From: Fistulifera solaris
Taxonomy: Eukaryota
NCBI GenBank assembly: GCA_030295235.1
Contig: AP026156.1
Location: 248,001-297,880 of the forward strand
Length of the DNA stretch: 49,880 nt
Direction: 5' to 3'
The notes under the pieces were generated by a model. That model saw only the letters and a program-made list of their open reading frames with translations, made no database searches and was not told the DNA's origin. The position numbers and the translations under genes were made by a program. Position 1 is the first letter of the stretch; each line of letters opens with the position of its first letter. This document shows positions 1-12,269 of this stretch, piece after piece.

Positions 1-96
1 GGCTGTCGTTGTCGGCATCATCATCACTCGAAAGGCCTCAATGGTCGGAAGAGCGGCAGAAACAATAACCAATAGGAATGCTACAGCCCGGAACAT
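1..96 (-). CDS. 5' end of a signal-peptide protein, probably plastid-targeted (runs off the window start)
   Basis: The minus strand from the ATG at 96 reads MFRAVAFLLVIVSAALPTIEAFRVMMMPTTTA. This is a hydrophobic signal peptide ending in IEA|F, an ASAF-like cleavage site. Confidence 0.6.
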   Translation of the reverse strand, partial: MFRAVAFLLVIVSAALPTIEAFRVMMMPTTTA

Positions 97-1483
97 ATGA
101 ATATAATAAAGGAAGAAAACTCAATCAGTAGCGATAATAATACAACAGGTTTAGTGTTCCTCTTCTTTTGACTGATTGCCTTTTTCACGGTGTCATCATT
201 ATTATTTTATCATCATCGTCGTCGGCACTTTTTTGTGCGATGAAAAAGTGCGTTGCGAAACGCGCGCGAGGCGGACGACGACCTGACCAACGGACACCGC
301 TGCGATACAATTACTTAGATCGATTCCCTGTATAGAGTGAAAACATAGCGAACTGGAGTACCGCTAAGATGAAGTGTGCATCCCTTTTTTTCTTTTGCGA
401 TGCTGATGAACAACAAATAACACCATAACGATGAGCTCTGCTCGAAGCATTGCATTTACTAATCGAGCGCCAAGAATTCGCTAATATAGTTGTAAACCAT
501 GAAGCTTCATAGAAATAAAAGGCTATCTGAGAAATGAAAGCTGCGAAAAGGCAACCAGCTGTTATAGCGGCAGGTGTCGGAGGCAAATGCTTTCACTTGA
601 CGTTACCGTTGTAGAAGCGTTGACTCTTTCCTGAAAATATCTCAAAGAACCTCACTTTTTGAACGAAGCAATTTGCGCTGTAAGATCGTGAGACAACGCA
701 TTGGATGACACGCAACGCCATGAGGAGTTTTTCGTGCAGGAGTTTTGAACAATTTGCTGGGGTATTCCGAATACGGTGGACTCGACCGTAGACTCGGTCT
801 CAAATCCAGTTCGATGCCGCGTTTGAAAGAAGCAAGGAAACTCGCAGCAACTCTACCCTACATGGGGTACACGAGAGATACAATTCACACCACTGAAAGA
901 CGGCACTCCCCTACGAATGAATCATCCATTTCGATTGTTCAAGACCTCCTCGGAAATATCTCGCGGTCTTGGGCTTCTTGGCACTGCAATACCCGGCAGC
1001 TTGTGTAACGTACATCATGTACAAATAGGGCTCGATTTGCCGGAGCCCCTTCTTGTAGCAGGGTTGGCTGTTGATGATCGAACCAGTTGTCATGATCGAT
1101 GCATTCCATGCGAGCGTGGTCAAGCGGAATCCAGCTCAAGATATGTCATTCGCAATAGACTTCTTTGGATTGAATACGCATCAAGGGAGGAACAATCGTA
1201 GCCGCCTTCTGTTATAATATCCTCTCGAATTCCTGCTAACGAAGAAATGACTTGATTTCGGAAAACGCCAGCTGAGCTCTCTCAGAGAAGTCCGTGCTGC
1301 TTTTTCGTGGAAGCACTGTAACAACTCTCTTTTACAAAAGGGTGCGTACATGCACAACACGGACTATGATTTACTCGGAAAAGATTCTACTTATTGAAGG
1401 AATAAATTACGTCTCGGGTCATCGAGTGAAAGAGAAACAACAGGAACCGACAACTGCATGAAGGAACCTTGTCATTAGCTACC

Positions 1484-2490
1484 TCATTCATTTGCTGGTG
1501 CTAGTTCGACAAACATATCGATAACTCCAGGTATGCGATGAAACAGGCGTAGGCCATTGAGAAGCGCGACAAAGACAGGCAAATTATCGTGAACTGGACC
1601 CATCATGAGCAACAATGTGCCCAATTTCTTGTCATTTAGCATTCCAGAAACACGCTCGAAATCGAGTAAAACAGGTCGCATAACCGACAAGTCAACGGCG
1701 TCAAAGGCCTGCAAAAGTTGCTCTACTTGCATGCGCTGTGTTTGACTTCCGGTGAGCATCTCTTGCACTTTTGAACGGACAGCTAAAATTCGCTTTAGTT
1801 CCGTATTCTGAAACGCAAAATCGACAACTTGAGCAATAGCATCATGCGAAGCAATGATTCGCAGCTTGATGATAAGGACGGCCATGAGAAACGGTACTCT
1901 TAGCGGTAGCTCCCTCAATCCCGGGCTTTCCTCGAGTATATCGTCAAAACGACAGTTGTGCTCAGTGGGGTACTCCGTGTAGTCCCATGGCTGGACACGA
2001 TCGTTCACTCGGTCTCGAATATAGCTAAAGGCCTCGTCATCTCGATTCATGTACAAAAAGCGAACGGAATGCGAAACATCTCAGAGTTTCGAAACTTGAT
2101 CGCAATGCATTGCACATAATACATGAGTGCTAGAATCCAATTGGGCTCAAAGTCACTCACATACGCGGCGGTCCAGTACGAGTCCGCCATGTCGGCAAAA
2201 GCGCGCGCAGCCCTACTTTGCGTCGCTGGGTCCATCGTATCCTGTTGAAGCTGAATCACCGCCTCATCTAAGACATGCATATGGCGCGAAACCTCGTCAC
2301 ACAACTCCTGGTGCTCTTCCGCGTGCGCTCGCTTGCAGCTGAAAGTGCAATACCAGGCCACCTTGCAACGCGAACAACGGATCAAGTCGGCGGGCTTTTC
2401 GTGACAGGTGAAACAATAGAACTCATCTTTCAGATGTGTATCGATTCCTTCGTAATACGGGAACATTGGGTCCGATGTTGGTTGTGACAT
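1484..2490 (-). CDS. MYND zinc-finger protein (one frameshift near 2050)
   Basis: CFTC...CSRCKVAWYCTFSCKRAHAEEHQELC fits the zf-MYND pattern. ORFs 2047..2604 and 1484..2056 overlap at an A-run. The likely start is MSQPTSD at 2490. Confidence 0.75.
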
Positions 2491-3156
2491 CTTCACAGTA
2501 TTCACAACATCGAGGCCTTGAAATAATTGTGATGTTTGACACGATGCGCTCGTGTGATCACCTTGTTTGAGTTCGACATGAACGTGTACACTTGCGAAAC
2601 GCAACTGGTAAAGTATTGGACGAGTTTACTTGCGAAGGATAAAGTATGGCTCAACGGAGGAACTGCACAATCCTAAAAGGCGACGAAGGAAAGGATCCCA
2701 ATATTGCCGTTCAGACGTCGTTACTCTGCGGATCTTGTTGTATTACTCCGTAGCTTCTTAGCTTCCCTTTCTCTAATTAGCAATTGTCTTCCTATCGTCA
2801 TGGGCTTTCGTGCCTCTGCTAGCGAAGGGACCGATTCCATTCTACGGAACAACCTTAACGAGTCTGTGCCAAGAACGCACATTGGAAGGCTCTATTTCGA
2901 ATAAGACATCCTGGTACAGCACTTGTTGTTTGCTTTGGAGGATGGTTAACAATTTTGAACCATTTGCCTTGCGTATTTGTAATTGAGCCGACAGACTCGA
3001 CGACTCGCATCACGATGAAAAGTAGAGTTTATTACTTCACATTCATTTTATCCTATAAAAAGCGTCTTCTCAGTAATCGATCCGTTCGTTCTACTAGTCT
3101 TCTCTACTTTATCGCTCTCTCTCTCTCTGCTTACTATACGCCGTAACCCCCTAGTT

Positions 3157-3374
3157 TTAACCACCCACCAAAATGTTGTTAATGGGAATATGAATCAATT
3201 TGACAAAGAATCCGATAAATCCCATGATCAAAAAGCCAATACTGGTCGCTCTCGCAATTTGCGTAAACTCTTTGCGATCCGGTTTGGTACATTTTGCACC
3301 AAATGCAAGGAATCCTTGGCAAATTGACGCAAGGGTTCCACGAGGACTTCTTGAAAGCCTTGTTTGTCGGACAT
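3157..3374 (-). CDS. SEC61G: Protein translocon subunit Sec61 gamma (SSS1/SecE family); one A missing near 3293
   Basis: Manual translation gives [27 protein letters not shown][K][44 protein letters not shown]. This carries the CTKPDRKEF and [14 protein letters not shown] signatures. The ORF track misses it. Confidence 0.95.
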
Positions 3375-4026
3375 TTTTTACTGACGAATGAAGTGATGGA
3401 TGAATAAGGCTGTTTCGACAGAAAAAGAAGAAGCAAGGACTGCGTGAGAAAGCACCTTAAAGGAGAAGAAAGAAGAACAACGAAAGACACGCCCCCAATA
3501 CAGGGTCATTTGACGAAAGAACGGTCGACGGGCCGCCCGGTGATGGAAGGCGTTTCCTGCGAGCGCTTATGAACGCGTCCTCTTTCTTTCCATCCTCTAT
3601 CATTTTATGAACGTACCGAACTAGAAAAAGAGTTCGTTGGATGAGTTATTTCAATGACAATCACACAAATGCCAGGCAAGTGATGCGTGATGCGTTTGCA
3701 ATAATAAAAGCAAACAGCAACGCCTTTTTTTTTGCGAGGCGTGGAAGTGACCGTCTGTCCGTGGTCACAAGCCAAACTGGTCGTGACTGAAGACAAACAA
3801 GGCTGTGGCCTGTCCGTAGGTCGTTTTTATGCCTCTCCCCGCATGCATTTTTCCTCGTCGATCGCGCCTCGCGTCTCCCACACGTTTTTTTCGCCTTTCA
3901 TTTTCACAGAAAAAATAATTATTTCACATTCCGTTATTATATGCTCTTCTAACTTGCTTTCCTATTCTTGCCTGTCCTTTTTTTATATACCTTCTTCTAC
4001 TTTCTAATTCATTGCGTTCTCAAAGA

Positions 4027-4671
4027 ATGGAACAATCTAAATTACAAGCACTGCACGATAGTTTATCGAAATTACGGAATGTTCCGTTGGGACAACACGG
4101 CGCTTCCTATTCCTGGCATAAAACCGTTCGACCTTCCGACAATTACGGTTTGCCCAATAATGTGTTGTATGCTCATTTTGTTCCGGAAGGCTCTTTGACT
4201 ACTGCAACTAATAATCATGGAGATGGACGATTCATTCAACGGGATTTTTCGCATCTTTCAACGCCCAGTCAAGAAGACAGCAAAGAACGTCGCAAACAGG
4301 CCAAGAAAGAAGCGGCCAAAGCTGCCAAATTAGAAGCGAAGCGATTGGCGAAATTAGAAGAAAAGAAACGACTCAAGAAACTCAACAAACAGCAGAGTAT
4401 GGATTCCAATATCACTCGTGAGTCAAACAACCAGGATGCTCCTTCTGACGAAAGAAAAGAGAAAAGACAAAAGAAAGAAAAGAAGAAAAAGAAGAAGGAA
4501 CAGTCAGAGGAAAGAAATGATGCGGTTGCTGAGGATTCATCGTCCACCTTGGATCAGAAGCAAATTAAGAAACGGAGAAGAGAGGAAACGATCGAAACAT
4601 CGACCAAAGAGTCGACAACAAAACCGGAGAAGAAATCGAAAAAGACAAGAAGAAATCGGCCAAATAACTAA
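4027..4671 (+). CDS. Lys/Glu-rich low-complexity protein, probably nuclear or nucleolar
   Basis: Open frame from MEQSK with a short N-terminal domain followed by KKEKKKKKKE-type basic and acidic tracts. Confidence 0.7.
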   Translation: MEQSKLQALHDSLSKLRNVPLGQHGASYSWHKTVRPSDNYGLPNNVLYAHFVPEGSLTTATNNHGDGRFIQRDFSHLSTPSQEDSKERRKQAKKEAAKAAKLEAKRLAKLEEKKRLKKLNKQQSMDSNITRESNNQDAPSDERKEKRQKKEKKKKKKEQSEERNDAVAEDSSSTLDQKQIKKRRREETIETSTKESTTKPEKKSKKTRRNRPNN

Positions 4672-4917
4672 AGATGATGATTGAACTTGTATCTACACTT
4701 CAGCTTTCAGGATGGCGGACCATCACAATGACACGAATTTAGGTCGTCCTATTGCAGGTTGAGAGGTATCCGTCGAACCGCTGCAGCATTCATTCGAATG
4801 GTATAAGCCGGAATAGGCAAATTGATAACAATGCCTTTTTTATTATTGTGGTTAAAATTGGCCAACGCGCTCGAAATCGAAATCGTCGAACACTATACTA
4901 TTCATCGTCGATTCAAC

Positions 4918-6051
4918 TCACCAATCGTCACTGTTGGTGGTGTAATAATCCAAGTCGTGCAAGATCAATTCCGTCAAATCCAAAACTTCAAAGACACCGT
5001 CTTCGACGGGCAATGTACTCGTCACGGTTGGAATGGAATTGGTCACCCAGAATTTATCAAAGCAGTGTCGATCTCCACCCACATTGAATCGTTGATAACT
5101 TTGGTTGGGAAAGACGGCGTGTGTGACAAAGGCCGAAACACTCGCCGCACCAGCTTGCTTCAATACAAGCGCCGATTCGTACAAGGTCCCACCCGTTTGC
5201 ACTAAATCATCGACAATACAAATGTGCTTCCCGGCAACGTTCCCATCTTGAATGACAACCGTCCTTTGATCGTTCGGACCCCGCGTTTTGCCACACACAA
5301 TGAGTTCAAATTCGTCTTGAAAGAATGCCCCAAAGCGTTTGGCGGCACCATCGTCGGGAAAGGCAATTCCATTAATGTTGGTGGATTTCAATTGTCGTTT
5401 CAACAAGGGGATCGCCGAATGCAACGATGCCACGGCGTTGCCGTGCAAATAAAACCGATTTTGGAGTGTGTGCAAATCGTACACCATCAATCGTGTGGGC
5501 CGACCGCAACTCGGTAATGAACTGAACATATGCGCATACGTGGCCGCCGTGGCAACTTGTCCTTCCCGTGTGACACGTTCCATCGTCCCGACGGGAGAAT
5601 ACGGCAAGACTACCGTCAATGAGGCCACGAAGGATTGCAACAAACAAATGAGGACTTGAAATTGCGACAAGGTGACATCGTTGTTGTGAAAACTAGCCAA
5701 GAACAAGACATGTTGTCCGCTGAGTTCGTTGTGTGGATAAAAGCCGGTCATTTCAATGTTATCAGTGCCATCGGGGAATTTGTTCCAATGTGTCTTGTGA
5801 AAGACGAATCGTTCCGGATCGACTTTTTGAATTTGTAACGCCAGTGGTTCCGCGGCTTGAGCTGCGAGAATGTGGTAGCGTGGAAAGGAAGAAGAAGAAG
5901 CGGAGGCCATGTTGGGTGAACTATGAAAGAGACGGAACGAATGCCGATGACGTTGTGAAGTCGAGGAGGCTGATGATTCAACCCAACTGTGTACGGTGGA
6001 TGTGTAACACAAGAGAGCTGTCAAGCAGATGATGTAGAGATTTCCTATCAT
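4918..6051 (-). CDS. PRS: Ribose-phosphate pyrophosphokinase (class II / plant PRS3-4-like) with N-terminal targeting presequence
   Basis: Motifs FPDG, GTMERV, YDLHTLQ, FPDDGAAKRF and ICIVDDLVQTGGTL (PRPP-binding loop), plus THAVF. The N-terminus is hydrophobic and followed by a Ser-rich segment. Confidence 0.95.
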   Translation of the reverse strand: MIGNLYIICLTALLCYTSTVHSWVESSASSTSQRHRHSFRLFHSSPNMASASSSSFPRYHILAAQAAEPLALQIQKVDPERFVFHKTHWNKFPDGTDNIEMTGFYPHNELSGQHVLFLASFHNNDVTLSQFQVLICLLQSFVASLTVVLPYSPVGTMERVTREGQVATAATYAHMFSSLPSCGRPTRLMVYDLHTLQNRFYLHGNAVASLHSAIPLLKRQLKSTNINGIAFPDDGAAKRFGAFFQDEFELIVCGKTRGPNDQRTVVIQDGNVAGKHICIVDDLVQTGGTLYESALVLKQAGAASVSAFVTHAVFPNQSYQRFNVGGDRHCFDKFWVTNSIPTVTSTLPVEDGVFEVLDLTELILHDLDYYTTNSDDW

Positions 6052-6682
6052 TCTAACTTTATTTCAGAAGGTTTTGGTTGCATTTATGAGACAAGATTCA
6101 AGTGGATTGGATTGACGAGAAAGATGCGATCGAACGCATTTACTTTCATCGGCATCCTTCCTTTCTTGTTCTCTGGTTGTTCGTTCTCGTTCGTCGGCGC
6201 GCCAAAAAGTATGCGGCTCTCGGATGGGAGCGCTTGTACGGCGTACGGCAAGGAGTGCCGGAGCGATGCAGGACAGGGATTAGGTGGCACGTGCCGAGCG
6301 TCAAATTCTGAAATTCATACTCTTTACTATAGGCGAAAGAGAAATCGTTCCCAAACTTTCTTAAAAGAGCAAAAACAGCAAGTGACTCTCTAAGCTGATA
6401 GAAGAAGTACAATCCTAACCCATGATCACATTTTGACTTAGGAAGCAAGCACGTGTCAAATGTCCGAGTATGAAAAGGAAAAAGCGTCCACGTCATGTTA
6501 TCCGAAAGATCGGCATTCGTTCTTTATGTTGTTGGCATGTGCATGTCCGCCTTCATCCTTTCATATTCGTTCTCTCATTCATTTCATCGAATTCCAATTT
6601 GACAAGGAAGCTGATCATCTTGTCAACCAAAGGAGAACCACGCTATTTATTTACGTGAAACAACGATATTACGATTTGCATC

Positions 6683-7723
6683 ATGTCATCACTGTTCGAT
6701 TTTGCCGTCACGACGATTTTTGCTCGTGAATTCTTAGAAGGATCGATTATTATTGGGGAATATCGTACCATTGTTTTGAGAGGCGGTACCGAAGAAACCT
6801 TGGCGCCCGGATTGTTGCCCGAAGATGCGCTCGCGGCCATTACCTTGGCGGCACTCGTCGCGACGGGGTTGGCCTTACTGGTAATTGCCGCCATTGCCAT
6901 TCCATTGGCCGTTTTATCGAATGATTTTGATACAACAACTTCCAATATCATTGAAGGTGTCTCCAAGATAGTTGCCGGTATTTCATTACTCCAATTGTCG
7001 TTGAAATTACCCAAATTCTTGGGTTTGTACGGCAGTACCAAGAAGAAACACCCAAATTCGTCCGATGGTCGATTGACGTTACGTTCGATTCATTTCAATG
7101 TCGCTTGGAATATATGGAGAGAAGTCGCCGAATGTGGTGTCTTTTTAATTCCTTTCTTTCTCGCGGGAGATCAATTGAAAGCGATTCCATTGTCGGCCGT
7201 GACCGGTTCCTGTATTGGATTGTTAGTAGGGATCGGAATTTATGTCGCCAATCAACAATTGCGCAACACAACGGCCCTCGCTCTCTTTGGTGTCTTGTTG
7301 CTGGTGTTTTTGGCGGCGGGTTTGTTTACGGGAGGATGTCACAAGATTGAGCTCGAAGTGGGCTCCACAAAACAAGTGTGGGAAGTGTCCAATGACTTTT
7401 GGTCCGTTCATCGATTGCCCATGACCATTTTGAAACCCTTTGGATACAATGATTCGCGAACGATTTTGGAAATGGCGTGTTATTGGTCGTGTCTCTTGTT
7501 GGCACTCGTATTGCATGTTCGGAAATACCGAAAAGCGGCTTTGGTATCCGCATTGTCCGATACGCATCGCAAGGAACCGACGAACGACGTCGTTCTACCA
7601 GCGGATGATTTAGAGACAGTCGAACCGACCTTGACCGATTCGATTTATCGCAAGAGTACAGTAGGAGATGAAGAAGAAGGGACATTGGAGTTGGGAAGAA
7701 ATGGCGACAATGAATGTATGTAA
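6683..7723 (+). CDS. FTR1: High-affinity iron permease, FTR1 family
   Basis: Two RExxE iron-binding motifs (REFLE, REVAE), several TM helices, and AAGLFTGGCH and LKPFGY matching the FTR1 C-terminal pattern. Confidence 0.85.
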   Translation: MSSLFDFAVTTIFAREFLEGSIIIGEYRTIVLRGGTEETLAPGLLPEDALAAITLAALVATGLALLVIAAIAIPLAVLSNDFDTTTSNIIEGVSKIVAGISLLQLSLKLPKFLGLYGSTKKKHPNSSDGRLTLRSIHFNVAWNIWREVAECGVFLIPFFLAGDQLKAIPLSAVTGSCIGLLVGIGIYVANQQLRNTTALALFGVLLLVFLAAGLFTGGCHKIELEVGSTKQVWEVSNDFWSVHRLPMTILKPFGYNDSRTILEMACYWSCLLLALVLHVRKYRKAALVSALSDTHRKEPTNDVVLPADDLETVEPTLTDSIYRKSTVGDEEEGTLELGRNGDNECM

Positions 7724-7764
7724 TTGAAAAAGGCCAAGTGTGTAATTCGAGAACCTAGTATTTT

Positions 7765-9869
7765 TTACGAGGACGACTGCGCCAATTTGCGCAATTCAAC
7801 ATTCGTCAATCGTGTCTTTTCATCACTGTCCAAGCTGTTCCAATCCCCATCAAACCCCTTCTTGGCTTTCATCAAGGCCATGGGGAACAGTTTCGCCTTG
7901 AGTTGAGGATCGATGTCGTCCAGATTGTCATGAACAGCCTCTCGTTTTTCGGAAGGATTGACGCCATCCTGTGTTTCGTCGCCACCGTCATCATCTTCGT
8001 CAATCTCGTTGTCAACATAATCCTTGACCTTGACGAATTGCAGGGCACAATACAATCGACTGATTTCCCATTCGGTCGCCGAAATACTTCCATTTCGGTT
8101 CAAAACATTCATTGTGTATAAACTGCTTTGACAAGCACTCTTCTCATGGTTCTGCTCATAAAACTCGTGAAAGTTGTGTACTGATTCCAACTCCAGTCCC
8201 ACCGATTCGGCCAAAGCTTCCAAGGCTGGCAGTGGAGACAGCCATTCGGGTAAATTCACGGCATCGGCTTTTGCATCATTGCTGTTACCATCCAACAAGG
8301 TAAAACTATACTCCAATCCGAACCAATTCTGGTTGATGTTTGCGTTATTCGATTCTTCGCTTTCGTGGTCGGTCGCAAACAATCGCCTTAACACAGGAAC
8401 CGCAAATTGAATTTGACACAATCCATCCCCCAATCGGATCGTCACCGGATCATCCTCGTCCCTTATGGCGTGGAAATCACAACCTGTTTGCATCAAATGG
8501 TCGACCACCACTCGCGCATCCATGGTGGTAACTAACAGTTTCCCACCCTTAGTCAACAATTGACTCACGGTCCGAAAAAATCGTTTCGCTCGTTTCTCCG
8601 AAGACATCATGTAATGAATAGCAAACTGGATGGACACAACATCAAACGCATCATCCAATCCAATGCCGCCACCCTTTTGAAACGTAAAGACTGGCTCGGA
8701 CGACAACGAGGACGCTTCCCGGTGCAATGACCACGTCAACAACGATTCCAATTGCGGACCGTTCCGTGTCTGTTTGTACCGCCCCGGCACATTGGCTCCC
8801 AAATCCGCACACGAAAATGTACACCGCGGCAATTGTGGACGCAAATTCCGGGCCCGTTTCGCGGCATCCTGCAACGATCCCCGTGCTACATCCATACCGA
8901 CATAATTTTGGATACGCCCCAAAGTCCATTTGGTCAAATCGCCACCCTTCCCACAAGCCAAATCCAAAATGCGAGCTGCCTTTTGCCAAAAGAAGCATAA
9001 AAGTGTTGAATTTGCATTGCTTTGACCCATCCATTGTAATTGCGCATATGATAAATTTGTGATTGCCATCGGTGTTGGAGTGTCCGATCGAGTTTGGAAT
9101 AGAATGCATCGGCCGCGGCGGCACTGGCGTCTTGATGAAATGTAGTATCACGTTGGTTGAGGGTAGTCTCCAGAGATTGTTGCGCATCCTCACGGGGTCG
9201 TTTGCGTGTATTTGTTGTGTCGGTTGTTGTCGCAGTAGTTATTGTGGGAAATGCTTCCGGCTCGTCGTTTTCGGTCGGAGGTTGCCATAAGTTTGTCGTA
9301 GTAGCATTGTTGTAAGCATCATATTCCACGTCGGGCGTCGGTGGTTGCCACAATTCGGTTGTTGTTGTTGTTGTTGTTTCTTGTTTCAAGGCCTTTGGTT
9401 CGAGTTGCGACCACGATGTCAAGACATGCAAGGAAACGACCGAATCATTTGAATGATCATCATTGTTCGACAAACGCAACAATCCCCATCGTTGATATTT
9501 ATCGGGTAACAATAAAGCATACGAGTATTTCGATGATTCTTTCAGAAATTGTCGAAATGCATGTGCATTCTGTTCGTGTAGCGGTGTCGCAAAGGGCGGG
9601 ACGGCAACTGCTAACGTACAAGGCAAAGGCCCTTCGAACTCCTCGTTCTGCCAATGAATGTAGGCGGCGACTACCAAAGTCCGACTCAAGGGTGGTTCCG
9701 GAGCATCCAAATACGAATACACGGACGCGATTTTGACTAAATCGGTTGTTTTTGGGTGTTGTTGGAAGAAGGCTTTCATTTCTTTTAGAGAAAATAAGAC
9801 GGGCAATTCTTGTTTCAAACGACACAAATCGTGTTTGGCTTTCGCCGGTGTCTTGGGATATTGCGGCAT
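7765..9869 (-). CDS. RNMT: mRNA cap guanine-N7 methyltransferase (RNMT/Abd1) with N-terminal extension; frameshift near 8990
   Basis: SQIYHMRNYNGWVK, ILDLACGKGGDLTKW (SAM motif I), FDVVSIQFAIHY, FGLEYSFTL, AVNLPEWL and EWEISRLY are split over ORFs 8934..9869 and 7765..9069. Confidence 0.92.
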
Positions 9870-10214
9870 CTTGACGGTGTATATTGTGTTGTATTAGATA
9901 GGATTTGAATAGAGAAGGAAGGAAGGATGTGCTAATAAAGTGGTTGCAAAACAATAAGAATGCGACAACAACAATAACATCATCATGGTTGTTGCACGTT
10001 ATGATGATGATGCCGACAAGGAGCGATCAGTCACGCTTGCATGTATTGGTCACGAATGACACGCAAGGACAAAACGGTGGTCACGACAAACCGGGAGTCA
10101 CTAGCTGGAGTATAGAGAGCGTTCACAACACAAAGCAAATCGCATGGGCAAAACAAACAGTCCATTCACATTTTTAATACTTTAAGCAATTCATGCTTTA
10201 TCTTACTATACTGT

Positions 10215-10703
10215 TCAGCAAAGAGGATCGCGACAAGGGGCCGCATCGACGGTACACGTCAATGTGCATTCGGAGGAACGGCGTTCGAACAAATAACCGT
10301 GCACGGCAATTCGGCACACGGAATCGGGTTCGTCGACCAGAGCCTTGCAGATTTGCGGGTTTTGAGCCGTCGTTTCTTTACAGGCCCAGCCATTCCAATT
10401 GTCTTCGAGACGAACCCGACGTTCAAACGTCACATACAAATCGACCCGGGAGTTCGGATCCAAGCACGACAATGTACAATCGCAACCAATGTCGGCCGAT
10501 TGAAAGACTTCAAAGACTTTCCATTCACGTTGATTCAAACGAAACGAGCGTTCCGCGCCGGAATCGAGGGTTTTTGTGGTCAACTGATTGAAGCACGTCT
10601 TGGCAAACGTCCCGACCGTGTTTCGGTCTCCACCAAACAGGTCATTTGCTTGACACGTCCCGCCAAGGAGAGTGAACAGAAATATGCGAGGAACAAACGA
10701 CAT
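10215..10703 (-). CDS. Small secreted Cys-rich protein, PPC-like family, paralog 1
   Basis: Signal peptide MSFVPRIFLFTLLGGTCQA. The core GCDCTLSC...RVDLYVTFERRVRLEDNWNGWACKET...CRIAVHG...CTLTC is shared with four other copies in the window. Confidence 0.8.
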   Translation of the reverse strand: MSFVPRIFLFTLLGGTCQANDLFGGDRNTVGTFAKTCFNQLTTKTLDSGAERSFRLNQREWKVFEVFQSADIGCDCTLSCLDPNSRVDLYVTFERRVRLEDNWNGWACKETTAQNPQICKALVDEPDSVCRIAVHGYLFERRSSECTLTCTVDAAPCRDPLC

Positions 10704-11340
10704 GGGGATGTTTTGGTAAGGAAAAAAAGAAGGAAATGCAATGGCTGGTTTCAAAAGCGTCGCAGGAGTTGTTTTTGTTGGATCGCCAACGGCGTTTGGG
10801 TTTGGGCTTTGGGCGTATGCTTCGTTTTCTCGCCAATCATAATGTTCCATAAGGTCATAAGTCTTCTTTTTTACAGTAGTACGCATTATTTCTTCTTCTT
10901 TCGTGAGGAAGAGTGAAACGAATGTAAATCAGAATGTGGAGCAGAAAAGAAACTCAGAAAACATATGTCATAATGACACGAGAGAAGAAGAGGTCATTGA
11001 ACGTGGTTTTCCCAGATTTCGGATCTGCGGCTTCGTGTTTCGACGAGCGATTTTTGATTTGGATTTTTGGAATGGATTTTTTTGACGAGAGTGAATGGAA
11101 GATGGAAGCAGGGAGCTAAGCAAACGATCGAACATGGGAAGCTTCTAAAAATACAACAACCTCGTGTATTGCTGTTTTCCTAAAAGGAGAAATCGATAGC
11201 TCGCGAGTCGGATTTCATTCGTCGATCAACACCTGAAAGCTTTTGAAATTAGTTATTAAGAAAAAATCGTACACAGATAAATCACATACTTCATTTTTAC
11301 TGAGGTTGAAACTTCATACTTTTGAAAAATCACTTAGTCT

Positions 11341-11850
11341 TCAAGCGGCATACGCGAAGGGGGCATCATCAACGTTGCACGTAATTGTGCACTTTGAGTG
11401 CGGACGATCCAGCAAATCGCCGCGGACCGCGACACGGCACGTCGAGTCGGGTTCCGGCGCAAGGACTTCGCATGTCTGTGTGTTAGAAGGAAGCGTTTCC
11501 TTGCAGTCCCAGCCGTCCCAATTGTCGTACAAACGAGGGCGACGCTCGTAGGTCAAGTAGACGTCGATGCGGGAGCTTTCGTCGAGACAAGTGACGGTAC
11601 AAGCACAGCCGATATCGACTTCCTGGAAGACTTCGAAGATGATCCACTCATGTTCGTTTAAATCAAATGATTCTTCAGCGCCTGAATCGATCATTCGGGT
11701 AGTGATGCGATTGAAGCAACTCAAGAGGGCGATCTTGAAGATCGAGCGGTCTCCGGAGAAAGCGACGGCATGTTTCTGTGAGGCGATGCCAAAGACGAAG
11801 ACAAGAAGGGCGGCTGCCTTGAGGCTGACGGAGGCAAAGGAAGACATCAT
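11341..11850 (-). CDS. Small secreted Cys-rich protein, PPC-like family, paralog 2
   Basis: Signal peptide MMSSFASVSLKAAALLVFVFGIA. Core RIDVYLTYERRPRLYDNWDGWDCKETLPSNTQTC...CRVAVRGD. Confidence 0.85.
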   Translation of the reverse strand: MMSSFASVSLKAAALLVFVFGIASQKHAVAFSGDRSIFKIALLSCFNRITTRMIDSGAEESFDLNEHEWIIFEVFQEVDIGCACTVTCLDESSRIDVYLTYERRPRLYDNWDGWDCKETLPSNTQTCEVLAPEPDSTCRVAVRGDLLDRPHSKCTITCNVDDAPFAYAA

Positions 11851-12200
11851 GTTGTTGGTGGTTCGCTTCTGCTGTTTTCTTACTTCAGAGATATGTTGAA
11901 AGTCGAAAAATTGTGACCACGGTGAGACGATTTTTGATGTGCTTGGTGCCTGGCCTCGAGAAGCGAGTGATGCCAAATACTGTAATAATTAGCAATGCCG
12001 CAAGCCACAACGATGCCATATTTCCAGATGCAAGTAGACCTAGAGATAGGGGATAAAGAGTGTCGAGTATTTTGTTTTTTGTGTGGACGTGGACTGATCT
12101 ATGTATTGAAGATTGAAGCGAACACTTTGAGAGTAAACCAAACTGTAGGACCTTGTGTTCGGTCATAGCTCGAGTCATTTTTTTGTTGACCACGGGAAAC

Positions 12201-12269
12201 GACGTTAAAATTCTGCCTCGCCGTAGGCTCTACGTAGAAACTTGTACTGAGAGGCAGAATTTTAACGTC
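12201..12269. repeat. 69-bp hairpin element, copy 1
   Basis: Perfect 19-bp inverted arms GACGTTAAAATTCTGCCTC / GAGGCAGAATTTTAACGTC around a 31-nt loop. It matches 21387..21455 at 68 of 69 positions. Confidence 0.9.

Noticed and set aside
745..1300. Short overlapping ORFs, with QLAFSEIKSFLR on the minus strand recalling IS630/Tc1 transposases
   Set aside because: The preceding SPDLNPIE motif is absent, there are many stops, and there is no other support.
6683..7723. Functional link between FTR1 and the NiSOD-derived array as a metal gene cluster
   Set aside because: They are 12 kb apart with unrelated genes between them, and gene adjacency is weak evidence in a eukaryote.
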